In this document: positions 16,964-30,219 of the stretch, in pieces
Layout: each line of letters begins with the position of its first letter
Numbering within the stretch: the stretch's first letter is position 1
Assembly (NCBI GenBank): GCA_032388755.1
Contig: CP135593.1
Coordinates: forward strand, 2,275,263-2,307,262
Reading direction: 5' to 3'
Source: Neisseria sp. DTU_2020_1000833_1_SI_GRL_NUU_006
GTDB lineage: Bacteria > Pseudomonadota > Gammaproteobacteria > Burkholderiales > Neisseriaceae
Length of the DNA stretch: 32,000 nt
Position numbers and translations under genes: made by a program
Notes under the pieces: model-generated
What the model was told of the DNA's origin: nothing
Database searches by the model: none
Seen by the model: only the letters and a program-made list of their open reading frames with translations

Positions 16964-17014
16964 AGGTCGTCTGAAATTTTTCCGGTTGGGTGGAAACGGC
17001 ATTTCAGACGACCT
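16964..17014. terminator. Inverted DUS pair upstream of proC
   Basis: aggtcgtctgaa (16964-16975) and ttcagacgacct (17003-17014). Confidence 0.65.
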
Positions 17015-17051
17015 CAGCAAATGTATCTCATTTAAAAAATTAAGGAAATTT

Positions 17052-17849
17052 ATGAACATCTACTTTTTAGGCGGCGGCAATATGGCAGCTGCCATTGCGG
17101 GCGGATTGGTCAAGCAGGGCGGATACCGCATCCACATCGCCAACCGCGGCGCGGAAAAACGCGAGCGTTTGGCAAAGGAATTGAATGTCGAAGTTTCCGA
17201 ATCCCTGCCCGAACTGCTTTCAGACGACGTTTTGATTCTTGCCGTCAAGCCGCAGGATATGGAAGCCGCGTGCCGCAACGTTCGTGTCAACGGCGCATTG
17301 GTGCTATCCGTCGCTGCCGGTTTGTCTATTGATACCCTCAGCCGCTACCTTGGCGGAACGCGCCGCATCGTCCGTACCATGCCCAATACGCCGGGAAAAA
17401 TCGGTTTGGGCGTATCCGGCATGTTTGCCGAAGCCGAAGTATCCGAAGCCGACCGTGCCGCCGCCGACCGGATTATGCGTTCCGTCGGTTTAACCGTTTG
17501 GTTGGACGAAGAAGACAAGTTGCACAATATCACAGGCATTAGCGGCAGCGGCCCCGCCTACGTCTTTTACCTGCTTAGCGCGCTGCAAGCCGCCGCTCAG
17601 GCGCAAGGGTTCAGTGAAGAAGATGCCCGCGCCCTCAGTCTCGCTACGTTCAAAGGCGCAGTCGCCTTGGCAGAACAAAGCGGCGAAGACTTCGCGCGAT
17701 TGCAACAAAACGTTACTTCCAAAGGCGGAACCACCCACGAAGCCATCGAAACGTTCAAATCATGCCACGTCGCCGAAGCCATTGCCCAAGGCGTTGAAGC
17801 CTGCGTCAAGCGTTCGCAGGAAATGGCACAACAATATAAGGTCGTCTGA
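17052..17849 (+). CDS. proC: Pyrroline-5-carboxylate reductase
   Basis: MNIYFLGGGNMAAAIAGGL (Rossmann GxGxxA) preceded by RBS aagga. C-terminal ...SKGGTT.EA... motif. The ORF-track start at 16986 crosses the DUS hairpin and is rejected. Confidence 0.9.
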   Translation: MNIYFLGGGNMAAAIAGGLVKQGGYRIHIANRGAEKRERLAKELNVEVSESLPELLSDDVLILAVKPQDMEAACRNVRVNGALVLSVAAGLSIDTLSRYLGGTRRIVRTMPNTPGKIGLGVSGMFAEAEVSEADRAAADRIMRSVGLTVWLDEEDKLHNITGISGSGPAYVFYLLSALQAAAQAQGFSEEDARALSLATFKGAVALAEQSGEDFARLQQNVTSKGGTTHEAIETFKSCHVAEAIAQGVEACVKRSQEMAQQYKVV

Positions 17850-17851
17850 AA

Positions 17852-18406
17852 ATGCGCGGAGATTTATTGATATTGCTTGCCGACGGCATCGTTATCCTGT
17901 GTTTGGCACGTCTTTTCCTGCAAGCGGCGGGATTGAGTGAAAATCATGCGCTCTTGGCGTTCAGCAAGCGATCAACCGATTGGCTGGTCAACCCGCTGCA
18001 TAAAATTCTGCCGGTTAAAAAATACGACCCAGCCTGCCTGTTGTCAGGACTGTTGTTATATTACATCGTATTTACCTTCATCACTTTAGTGGCGCAGCCT
18101 ACCGCATTCAGCGCAAAAATCATCATCGCCAATTTTATACTGGCAATATTGAATACAATTAAATCAGCAGCTTATGTGTTGTTGATAGGGTTGTTTATCC
18201 GCATGGCGCTCAGTATTAAAGATCCCTATTCCCAACTTTCCGTCGCGTTGGAATGGATATATCGCCCCATACTTTCTCCCGTGCAGTTTTTAAAGTACGG
18301 ACGCTACGATTTTTCAGGTAGTATATTGGCATTATTACTGTGGATCTGGTTAAGCAGTCTATCGCCCCAAATTACCCGCCAAATCAACTTGTGGCTACTG
18401 CAATAG
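17852..18406 (+). CDS. yggT: YggT-family membrane protein
   Basis: 184 aa with multiple TM helices. Starts 2 nt after the proC stop. Conserved yggS-proC-yggT synteny. Confidence 0.8.
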   Translation: MRGDLLILLADGIVILCLARLFLQAAGLSENHALLAFSKRSTDWLVNPLHKILPVKKYDPACLLSGLLLYYIVFTFITLVAQPTAFSAKIIIANFILAILNTIKSAAYVLLIGLFIRMALSIKDPYSQLSVALEWIYRPILSPVQFLKYGRYDFSGSILALLLWIWLSSLSPQITRQINLWLLQ

Positions 18407-18599
18407 ACAGCGAGTTCATTAAGAATTTGCAGTATGACGTAAGCAAAATGCAAAAAAGTGAAAATCAAAAACACGACTGTGAAAACATGGTATCATGCCG
18501 CCATTTCCAAACGGGCTTGAGAAAAGAAGTCCTAAGAAATCAATAAAATAAACCACTTGAGTAGCATTTCGTTTCCCGCAATAGATTGAAAGAAAAATT

Positions 18600-19016
18600 A
18601 TGGCAAAGCTGACAGAACAAGACATTTTGAATTGGGACGGCCCGGAAGAAGATTACATGAATAGCGACCAGTTGGCATTCTTCCGCGAACTGCTGGTAAA
18701 AATGCAAGACGAACTGATTGAAAACGCATCTGCCACCACCGGCCACCTGCAAGAACACGAATCGGCTCCCGATCCTGCCGACCGCGCCACTCAAGAAGAA
18801 GAGTACGCGCTGGAACTGCGCACCCGCGACCGCGAGCGCAAACTTCTAGGTAAAGTACAAGCAACCATCCGCAGCATCGACGAAGGCGATTATGGCTTCT
18901 GCGCGGATACCGGCGAGCCCATCGGCCTCAAACGCCTCCTTGCCCGCCCGACTGCGACACTTTCCGTAGAAGCACAAGAACGCCGCGAACGCATGAAAAA
19001 ACAGTTTGCCGACTAA
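18600..19016 (+). CDS. dksA: RNA polymerase-binding transcription factor DksA
   Basis: 138 aa. Coiled-coil tip motif DPADRATQEEE. C-terminal domain GDYGFCADTGEPIGLKRLLARPTATLSVEAQ. Confidence 0.9.
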   Translation: MAKLTEQDILNWDGPEEDYMNSDQLAFFRELLVKMQDELIENASATTGHLQEHESAPDPADRATQEEEYALELRTRDRERKLLGKVQATIRSIDEGDYGFCADTGEPIGLKRLLARPTATLSVEAQERRERMKKQFAD

Positions 19017-19060
19017 GTATAATGAAATCGGCTGATTGAATTAGACAGTAAGAAAACAGC

Positions 19061-19094
19061 AAAGGTCGTCTGAAAGGGATTTCAGACGACCTTT
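19061..19094 (+). terminator. Inverted DUS pair terminator after dksA
   Basis: aaaggtcgtctgaaagggatttcagacgaccttt. Confidence 0.75.
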
Positions 19095-19200
19095 GGTGTT
19101 GATTGAGTTTGGTTTGAGAATATTTTGAAATAAAAGTCTTTGTATTTCAGGTTGTTGTCAGGTTTTTTGGAATTTTTTGCGGTTTGGGGGTTGACGGTTT

Positions 19201-19229
19201 TTGAGGGGAGGGGTATAGTTCGGTTCTTC
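19201..19229 (+). promoter_or_regulatory. rrn promoter P1 (sigma-70)
   Basis: TTGACG at 19201-19206, 17-nt spacer, TATAGT at 19224-19229. AT-rich UP-like tract upstream. Confidence 0.65.
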
Positions 19230-19309
19230 GCTGCTTCGGCGGTGATTGAACGAACAGGCAAGTATATCACAGTTGGTCTGATTTTTCGAGGTTTTAAGAA
19301 AAGTTTTGA

Positions 19310-19337
19310 TTGACAATGAGATGAAATGCTTTATAAT
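19310..19337 (+). promoter_or_regulatory. rrn promoter P2 (sigma-70)
   Basis: TTGACA at 19310-19315, 16-nt spacer, TATAAT at 19332-19337. Confidence 0.7.
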
Positions 19338-19344
19338 TCGTTTT

Positions 19345-19357
19345 CGCTCTTTAACAA
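19345..19357 (+). promoter_or_regulatory. rrn leader boxA antiterminator
   Basis: cgctctttaacaa compared with the E. coli boxA TGCTCTTTAACAA. A second boxA-like gatctttaacaa lies at 21440-21451 in the spacer before the 23S gene. Confidence 0.75.
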
Positions 19358-19480
19358 AACAGATTACCGATAAGTGTGAGTGCGACAGCCTCACACTGTT
19401 TGAAAGACAGACAAGATGATGTTTTAGACATTGTCCTGTCGGTTTCTTTGAAGCAGACCAGAAGTTAAAAAGTTAGAGAT

Positions 19481-21025
<1,545 letters not shown>

Positions 21026-21123
21026 GAGAAAGAAGAGGCTGTCGCATTCACACTTATCGGTAAACTGTAGAAGATGCGGAAAAATGCTTGAGTGAAGACA
21101 AGGTTCGCTTAAGAAGAGAATCC

Positions 21124-21200
<77 letters not shown>

Positions 21201-21205
21201 AGAAC

Positions 21206-21281
21206 GGGGGCATAGCTCAGTTGGTAGAGCACCTGCTTTGCAAGCAGGGGGTCATCGGTTCGATCCCGTTTGCCTCCACCA
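21206..21281 (+). tRNA. tRNA-Ala (TGC)
   Basis: gggggcatagctcagttggtagagcac...cttTGCaag...ggttcgatcccgtttgcctccacca. G3:U70 identity pair present. Confidence 0.95.
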
Positions 21282-21713
21282 ATACTTTCCAAATCAAAGC
21301 GAGTTAAAAAGGCAGTGTAACTGCTTTCTTTTTTTCTAAAGAGAAGTCTGCTGACGAATCAGTTTGACGGAAAAAGAAAGGCTGCTATAATAATCAGCTC
21401 ATTTTGATTTGCGAAGTAAATAGCAATATTGAACGCATCGATCTTTAACAAATTGGAAAGCCGAAATCAACAAACAAAGACAATGTGTCTGTTTTTGATG
21501 ATTGGCCGATTGCAAACGGTCAGTTGTCTCCCGAACAGGAAAAGAAAAACAGGTACAGTATTTGGGTGATGATTGTATCGACTTAATCCCGAAAGACAAA
21601 AGGCGGGATTAAGACACAACAAGCAGTAAGCTTTATCAGAGTAGGAAATTCAAGTTTGATGTTCTAGTCAACGGAATGTCAGGCAAAGTCAGAGAAGTTC
21701 TTGAAATGATAGA

Positions 21714-24604
<2,891 letters not shown>

Positions 24605-24696
24605 ATCATTTGAAGAACTTCAAATAAAAAGCTTACTGACTGATTCAGTCATCACCGGATATATTGATTGAGGCTTTGCCGATTTGTACAGTTTAA

Positions 24697-24812
24697 GTTT
24701 GGCGGCCATAGCGAGTTGGTCCCACGCCTTCCCATCCCGAACAGGACCGTGAAACGACTCAGCGCCGATGATAGTGTGGTTCTTCCATGCGAAAGTAGGT
24801 CACTGCCAAACA
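24697..24812 (+). rRNA. rrf: 5S ribosomal RNA
   Basis: gtttggcggccatagcgagttggtcccacgccttcccatcccgaac...gtcactgccaaac. The terminal helix pairs. Confidence 0.95.
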
Positions 24813-24820
24813 CCTATCCT

Positions 24821-24848
24821 AAGCCCCCGACAGATGTCGGGGGCTTTT
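24821..24848 (+). terminator. rrn operon terminator
   Basis: Stem aagcccccgac/gtcgggggctt followed by tt. Confidence 0.8.
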
Positions 24849-25159
24849 ACTTTGTATCGTTGACGGGTTTGGCGAACCGGACATCCCTGCCTTGTATGGC
24901 GGCGGTGGGCAAAATGGGGTGATACGCCGAATGCTCCGGTTGCAGAAGGATGGACGCTTGATGATGCGGGCGGGTACGCTCCGAAATTGAGGCGGGCTAG
25001 CAGATGTTGCGGAATCAATACATTTGGAGATAGTAAGGTTGGAAATATTTAAAATTGTTTGAGTTGAAATAATGGAAAGGATATGATAATAAGATATACA
25101 GTGGTAACGCATTCCGGGCGTTGCCGTCCATATTAACGAAACGATAGGAAAACGTCCTT

Positions 25160-25459
25160 ATGAAAAAATTCCTCTTTGCCGCACTCTCCGTTTTGACCGC
25201 CTCGCTGTCGCTGGCAGCCGTCAACATCAACACCGCTTCCCCGTCCGAATTGGAAGCCCTGCCCGGCATCGGTCCGGCCAAAGCGAAAGCCATTGCGGAC
25301 TACCGCCAGCAGCACGGTGGCTTCAAATCGGTGGAGGAGCTCAAAAACGTCAAAGGCATCGGCGAGGGCATCTTCTCCAAACTGAAGGCCGAAGCAACCG
25401 TCGCGCCCGCACCCGCAAACCCAAAAGCTAAAAACGCCGTCCCGGCACCTAAAAAATAG
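25160..25459 (+). CDS. comE: Competence protein ComE/ComEA (periplasmic DNA-binding, helix-hairpin-helix)
   Basis: 99 aa. Signal peptide [19 protein letters not shown]. HhH repeats [16 protein letters not shown] and [16 protein letters not shown]. In Neisseria, comE copies sit downstream of rrn operons. Confidence 0.9.
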   Translation: MKKFLFAALSVLTASLSLAAVNINTASPSELEALPGIGPAKAKAIADYRQQHGGFKSVEELKNVKGIGEGIFSKLKAEATVAPAPANPKAKNAVPAPKK

Positions 25460-25511
25460 CCTTATTTGCGTATTCATGGAATTGAAGGTGAATACGATGG
25501 CAAAACTAAAA

Positions 25512-25545
25512 AACGTCCAATCCCGGAAGGGAGCGGGCGTTTTTG
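25512..25545 (+). terminator. Putative terminator after comE
   Basis: aacgtcc..tccc-ggaa-ggga..gggcgtt stem followed by tttttgtttg. Confidence 0.5.
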
Positions 25546-25891
25546 TTTGTTGAACCGATCTTGTTACCGTCGCTCAGAGTGGGAAAAGGACAATGTAACG
25601 CTTCGGCAGGTTCTACAATATTGTGACTTACTCCTTACGGCCTTAAACGCGTGGTAGATGGTGACGCGGCTGACTTGGTAGCAGCGGGCTAGGGAGGTAA
25701 CGCTTTCCTTTTCCTGTGAGTAGGCCTGCCAAATGGCTTGGTGGTATAGGATGAAGCAGGTGTTTTTGTGGATGTTCCTGTTTCAGTATTTCCCTGAAAA
25801 TACTGTAAACAACGCTTCTGGTTTCTATATGTAAGGATTGCAGGCTTGTTTGGAAAGATTCATCGTAAGGGTGTAGATGAATAGCTTTTTC

Positions 25892-27397
25892 CTAAAACCC
25901 CGCCCGATCCAATTCTTCCAACAGTGCAGGCCGGCGCGGTTTTTCGCTATATCGTTCCCTGATCTCGTCGGCAAAGTCTTCCATTGCCTGCCGTTGTGCG
26001 GAATATTGGCGAGGGAGGACTTTTAATTGGTTCAAGAGCTGGCGGTATTGCTTACGGTTGCTTGCTTTATTGATTTCAGCCGCAAAGATTTTCAGGTAGA
26101 ACGCTACGATTTTATCGTGATACGGCTCGGGGAAAGACGGGGCAAAACGTTCCATCATGTACAACGAAAGGTGTTGCTGCAATAGGGCGAGCAGCCGGTC
26201 GAATTCCTGTTCATGCTCCAATATTTCAGCTTGCAGCGAATATTGACCCGACAAGCGCTCAAGCAGGCGGTTGAATTCATGCAGCCATTCGGCGGCGGAA
26301 AACGTGGCTTTCCATGCCTCGTAATGCGGCAATGAAAGGCTGGTGGAAAACGCCAAATCCGCTGCGATTTCGCGGAAATCTTTGCCGGTTTCCTTCAATA
26401 CATCAAACAATTGCAGCTTCCATTTGTGCGCTGTGCCGGGGGTTCCTTCATCTTCGGCAATGCTGATGCCTTCGCGCAAGAGGCGTTCCGCTTCCGCCCA
26501 ATCTTGCTGCCCGACAGCTTGTTCTACCGCGATTTGTATGAATTGCGGCAGGTGCAGATGTCGTCTGAAATAATCCTGCGCGGCAGCAGAATCGTCCTTC
26601 GCCTGCAAAACCTGCCAACCCTCGAATGCCCAAAATTCATGTTCCCAACCCGACTCGGTAGCAGCCAAACGTTTAGCCACATAATCTTGCCACGCCTGCC
26701 ATTCGCCGCGCAGTCGCCAGATTCGGGCGCGGATTTGGTAGATTTTATTGCCTGCCTCGGAGAAATCAAAATAGCGGCTGTCGTCCAAACATTTGTCCAA
26801 AAAATTGATTAAACGCTTTGGGACATTTTCCATGACCGCCTCTTCCAGCAGGTCGAGTGCCATATACATAGCATCGCCCAACATACCGTCCGAATCGTCC
26901 GCCTTTTCAAAAGCATCCTGCAAACGCGGTATCAACAGAGGCAAAGCCTGTTGCAACGCCGCCGTCCCCTCCTGCGCCACATCTTCCAACCAGTTTTGCA
27001 GCCTGAAGCCCAAATCAGCGGCTTCGTAGTAATCATAATATCGGGTTCGGGAAAAGATTTGGGAGAGCTGCTGCCGATACGGATTGCCGCCCTTTTTAGG
27101 CTGCTGCGCGTCAGATTCGTCAGGCTGCCCGTCCGGCGTTTGAGCGCGCACCGCATACCACAACGCCGCCATATGCTTGCACGCCCCGCCATGAGGACAA
27201 TCGCAGCCCCCGTCCTTAATGTACAAATCACTATCCAGCTTCAGCCATACCGAATAGTTTTCCGAACCGCACACCTTCGCCCGATACCGCCCGGTGGAAG
27301 TTTTTTGGACATCGCGAACCTTGCCCTGCTGAAAATACAGCAGTCCGCGTTCGGCGATGTGGTGCGGGAATAGGCGGGGTAGGTAGATACCGGACAT
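25892..27397 (-). CDS. SWIM zinc-finger domain protein with long helical C-terminal region
   Basis: 501 aa. SWIM signature CDCPHGGACKHMAALWYAV (CxC...CxH) near residue 65. The remainder is alpha-helical and repeat-like. Confidence 0.8.
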   Translation of the reverse strand: MSGIYLPRLFPHHIAERGLLYFQQGKVRDVQKTSTGRYRAKVCGSENYSVWLKLDSDLYIKDGGCDCPHGGACKHMAALWYAVRAQTPDGQPDESDAQQPKKGGNPYRQQLSQIFSRTRYYDYYEAADLGFRLQNWLEDVAQEGTAALQQALPLLIPRLQDAFEKADDSDGMLGDAMYMALDLLEEAVMENVPKRLINFLDKCLDDSRYFDFSEAGNKIYQIRARIWRLRGEWQAWQDYVAKRLAATESGWEHEFWAFEGWQVLQAKDDSAAAQDYFRRHLHLPQFIQIAVEQAVGQQDWAEAERLLREGISIAEDEGTPGTAHKWKLQLFDVLKETGKDFREIAADLAFSTSLSLPHYEAWKATFSAAEWLHEFNRLLERLSGQYSLQAEILEHEQEFDRLLALLQQHLSLYMMERFAPSFPEPYHDKIVAFYLKIFAAEINKASNRKQYRQLLNQLKVLPRQYSAQRQAMEDFADEIRERYSEKPRRPALLEELDRAGF

Positions 27398-27494
27398 GGT
27401 TTGCTTCCAAGAAGTTGTTGAAACATGAGGAGTTTACTGGTTTAGATGACGTTTGGGGAGAGGGTGGCGGGAAGATTTGTTTTGCAAAGTGGCA

Positions 27495-27529
27495 AAAGGT
27501 CGTCTGAAAATGGGTTTCAGACGACCTTT
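27495..27529. terminator. Inverted DUS pair hairpin
   Basis: aaaggtcgtctgaaaatgggtttcagacgaccttt. Confidence 0.7.
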
Positions 27530-27564
27530 GGTTTGGGTGGAAAGGGGAGTAGTAGTTTAGAAAG

Positions 27565-27594
27565 ACCGCGTGTGTCCGAAGGCACACACGCGGT
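27565..27594. repeat. REP-like GC hairpin (copy 1)
   Basis: 11-bp stem accgcgtgtgt/acacacgcggt. Related to the copy at 28737-28795. Confidence 0.6.
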
Positions 27595-27688
27595 TTGATG
27601 CAGGCTACGGCTTGCTTTTTGGGGAAAATGTGTAGCTTGGGTTGCAAACCCAACAAGCACCGCTGTTGCAATCTGTTCCAACAACGGC

Positions 27689-28591
27689 TTATGGCAGCTC
27701 GATGCCCAGTTGCTCGAGCACCGTGCGAGGCAGGGCGAAGCGGCAGGTTTTGTGGGGGTCGACCACTTGGCAGATTTGCAGATCGCCGGCGATGCTTTGT
27801 AGGGCGATGGCCCGGTTGGTGTCCAAACCGCCGTGGGCGCACAGCAAATCGGTGGCCATCAGCGTGGCCGTTTCCGCCGCCGTGTCCAAATCCGCGTGCG
27901 AGGCAAGGGTATAGCACGCTTCTTCGGTAACGGCCAGTGGCAGCGGATACGGGCGGCCTTTGATGACGCGTACGTCCACTTCCACCGCGCCGCTGATTTC
28001 CAAGCCCGAAACGCCCACTTCGCCGTCACCCATCGCTGCATGCAAATCGCCCATCGCCAGCAGGGCGCCGGCCACATTGACCGGCAGCAGCAAAGTGGTG
28101 CCGACGGTAATGATTTTCGTGTCCATATTACCGCCGTGCGCATCGGGCGTGCCGCAGCTTACCGCCCCTTCCGCCGGCGCCGTGCCGATTACCCCGATCA
28201 TCGGCCGCACCGGCACGCGCACGCGGTCGAACAGCACCACATGTTCACCTTCCACCGGCATGATATCCACCCGACTTTCCGCCAAACGCCCGCCGGCCAC
28301 GCCCGCCCCCGGTACCGTGGCCAACACCGCCTGCTTGCCCAACTCGATGCGGCGGATATGCACCCGCAGCGTATCGCCCGGCTCCGCCCCTTCCACAAAC
28401 AGCGGGCCGGTGGCCGGATTGATGCGGTTCCAATCCAAATCGCCCAAAGTGTCGCCGGGGCTTTGGATTTGGTCGGTAAAACAATCGCAGGTTTCAAAAC
28501 GCACACAACTGCCGTCGGCCACCCGCAATACCGGCGGATGCTCGGGCGACATGGCGAAAACGATTTGACGGGCGGAAATGGTCGGCATCAC
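27689..28591 (-). CDS. Acetamidase/formamidase (FmdA_AmdA) family protein
   Basis: 300 aa. Family-typical segments GDTL.V.I..I, PM.GVIG.AP, and DAHGGNMD followed by GD.HA.MGDGE. Confidence 0.8.
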   Translation of the reverse strand: MMPTISARQIVFAMSPEHPPVLRVADGSCVRFETCDCFTDQIQSPGDTLGDLDWNRINPATGPLFVEGAEPGDTLRVHIRRIELGKQAVLATVPGAGVAGGRLAESRVDIMPVEGEHVVLFDRVRVPVRPMIGVIGTAPAEGAVSCGTPDAHGGNMDTKIITVGTTLLLPVNVAGALLAMGDLHAAMGDGEVGVSGLEISGAVEVDVRVIKGRPYPLPLAVTEEACYTLASHADLDTAAETATLMATDLLCAHGGLDTNRAIALQSIAGDLQICQVVDPHKTCRFALPRTVLEQLGIELP

Positions 28592-28657
28592 GGCAGCGGC
28601 TCCTTGTTTGGATTCGGTAGATTGGTGGAACGAATCATAGCACGGTGGGGATAGGAC

Positions 28658-28701
28658 AAGGCCGTCTGAAAAAACTGTGAGTGGTGTTTTCAGACGGCCT
28701 T
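28658..28701. repeat. Inverted DUS pair of the GCCGTCTGAA type (AGGCCGTCTGAA), unlike the GTCGTCTGAA pairs elsewhere
   Basis: aaggccgtctgaaaaaactgtgagtggtgttttcagacggcctt. Confidence 0.8.
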
Positions 28702-28736
28702 TTTATTCAAGACGAAAAACAATTTAAAAATCATAT

Positions 28737-28795
28737 CCCAAAATCGTGGCGTAGGGTGTGTGCCCGCAGGCACGCACGCGGGTTTCGAATTTGGG
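28737..28795. repeat. REP-like GC hairpin (copy 2) with outer stem
   Basis: Inner stem gtgtgtgcc/ggcacgcac (28756-28777). Outer stem cccaaaatcg/cgaatttggg. Confidence 0.6.
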
Positions 28796-28822
28796 TAATA
28801 AGCAGTAGTTTAAAGCATTGAT

Positions 28823-29914
28823 TTAATTAAATAGCTTATTCCACGCAGCTTTTGTTGTTAGTGGTCTATTTCGGTCTAACATGAAAGAAGTTAGATCTTC
28901 TAGTAATCGATTCAGTTGATATGTACTGAGAATCGATAAAGAACTTTGAATCCAAGAGCGAATATCTACAAAATTAAATATAAAGCCCTTATAGTGGAAG
29001 ACCCCATTTTCAAAGTTTGATAATTCATTGACATCTTTGGGTATATTGCAGATAAAATAAATCTGAATATTACAAATATTGTTTATGTGAGATGTGGATT
29101 GTATGCAATCATCTAGTCGTTTTAAATCAATTTTTTTAACTGTTACCTCATATAAACTTAATATTTCATTATCTTTCTCAATCCATACATCAGCAGGTTT
29201 TTTAGAAGTAGTATTTGTACCAAATACGCTTTCATTTCCACCCATTACATGAATTTGGCTGTTTTCATAAATATATTTCAATATACTTGAAACTACAAAT
29301 TGCGGTATCGCCCCTGATTCTGGAGTTGAAATAACAAAGCTAGATAAATTATAAGCAAAATTTTGATTCAAATTTTCTTTATTAGGTGTATATATTGGAA
29401 ATGATTGAATTTCCTTTGCATATTGAGATAGCCTGAAAAAGAAAAATGAAACTATTTTTTGATATGTAAAGGTATTATATTTGTTAGAATTAAGAACTTT
29501 TAAAAAATCAACAACTGCATTGGCAGCAGAAGCTGGGCGTTTACCTAAAGCCCAATTGTTATCTAGGATGTTAGTATTTTTTGCAACATTTAGTGGATCA
29601 GATTTGCCACATGGTATGCTATTATCAACAAATGCATAAAAAACGCCATGTTCAAAAATTGAACGAGGGTTGCAAGCATAAAAATTATTTTCTGGGTCAT
29701 AAGTTATATCAAGATATATTCCAGCAATAGCCGTTGCAACGATACCCCTGAAGCCCATTGCCTTTGATTTGATTAAATTATCAAGAATAATAGCTATATT
29801 TTCGTAATTTTCTAAACAGGTAAAATCATTTTCAGATAAAGAATTAGAAATTTTTAGTTGTTGATCAATGTATATTTTGACTTTAGCATTCCTAGCTTGA
29901 GTATTCATGTTCAT
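28823..29914 (-). CDS. Probable Type II restriction endonuclease (partner of the adjacent m5C methyltransferase)
   Basis: 363 aa, low-GC gene. Its start overlaps the 3' end of the upstream HTH controller gene by 23 nt (classic C-R operon). The call rests on context; I recognise no catalytic motif with certainty. Confidence 0.55.
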   Translation of the reverse strand: MNMNTQARNAKVKIYIDQQLKISNSLSENDFTCLENYENIAIILDNLIKSKAMGFRGIVATAIAGIYLDITYDPENNFYACNPRSIFEHGVFYAFVDNSIPCGKSDPLNVAKNTNILDNNWALGKRPASAANAVVDFLKVLNSNKYNTFTYQKIVSFFFFRLSQYAKEIQSFPIYTPNKENLNQNFAYNLSSFVISTPESGAIPQFVVSSILKYIYENSQIHVMGGNESVFGTNTTSKKPADVWIEKDNEILSLYEVTVKKIDLKRLDDCIQSTSHINNICNIQIYFICNIPKDVNELSNFENGVFHYKGFIFNFVDIRSWIQSSLSILSTYQLNRLLEDLTSFMLDRNRPLTTKAAWNKLFN

Positions 29915-30170
29915 TATCTTTTATAAAAAAATTTTCAATGGCAATTCTTAGTTTTGAGTTCTTTGAGACGCGGTAAATTTTTAAAAGCTTTTTAAGCTCC
30001 AGCACATCAAGTCGGCGTTCTTTATTCTCAATTTTTGAAATATCGGTCTGACGAAGCCCTAATTGCTCAGCAACTTCTGCTTGAGAAAGGTCGAGCCGCT
30101 TTCTTTCTGATGCTAAAATATCAATTAATTCAATGTACTCTGGTGAGTATATGGTTTTGGATTTACTCAT
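29892..30170 (-). CDS. XRE-family HTH protein, likely R-M controller (C) protein
   Basis: HTH LSQAEVAEQLGLRQTDISKIENKERRLDVLEL. The ATG at 30170 (MSKSKTIY...) is preferred over the ORF-track TTG at 30179. Confidence 0.7.
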   Translation of the reverse strand: MSKSKTIYSPEYIELIDILASERKRLDLSQAEVAEQLGLRQTDISKIENKERRLDVLELKKLLKIYRVSKNSKLRIAIENFFIKDNEHEYSS

Positions 30171-30198
30171 GATAGACAAATTGTTCTTTATTATTTAA

Positions 30199-30219
30199 AA
30201 TATTCAAAATTGGAATATT
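30199..30219. promoter_or_regulatory. Inverted repeat AATATTC-N7-GAATATT in the divergent C/M promoter region (candidate operator / C-box)
   Basis: Perfect 7-bp arms inside the 62-bp intergenic region between the C and M genes. Confidence 0.4.

Noticed and set aside
9100-17020. Searched the prophage junctions for dRS3 (ATTCCC-N8-GGGAAT), the reported Nf integration target, and for flanking direct repeats.
   Set aside because: No dRS3 was seen. There are only weak similarities (ccaaacaatcc near 16905-16915 on the minus strand against ccaaaaaaatc near 9166-9176), which is too little to call an att core.
16986-17051. N-terminal extension of proC suggested by the ORF track (start at 16986).
   Set aside because: The extension runs through the DUS hairpin. 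The ATG at 17052 has a good RBS and yields the canonical MNIYFLGGGNMA Rossmann N-terminus.
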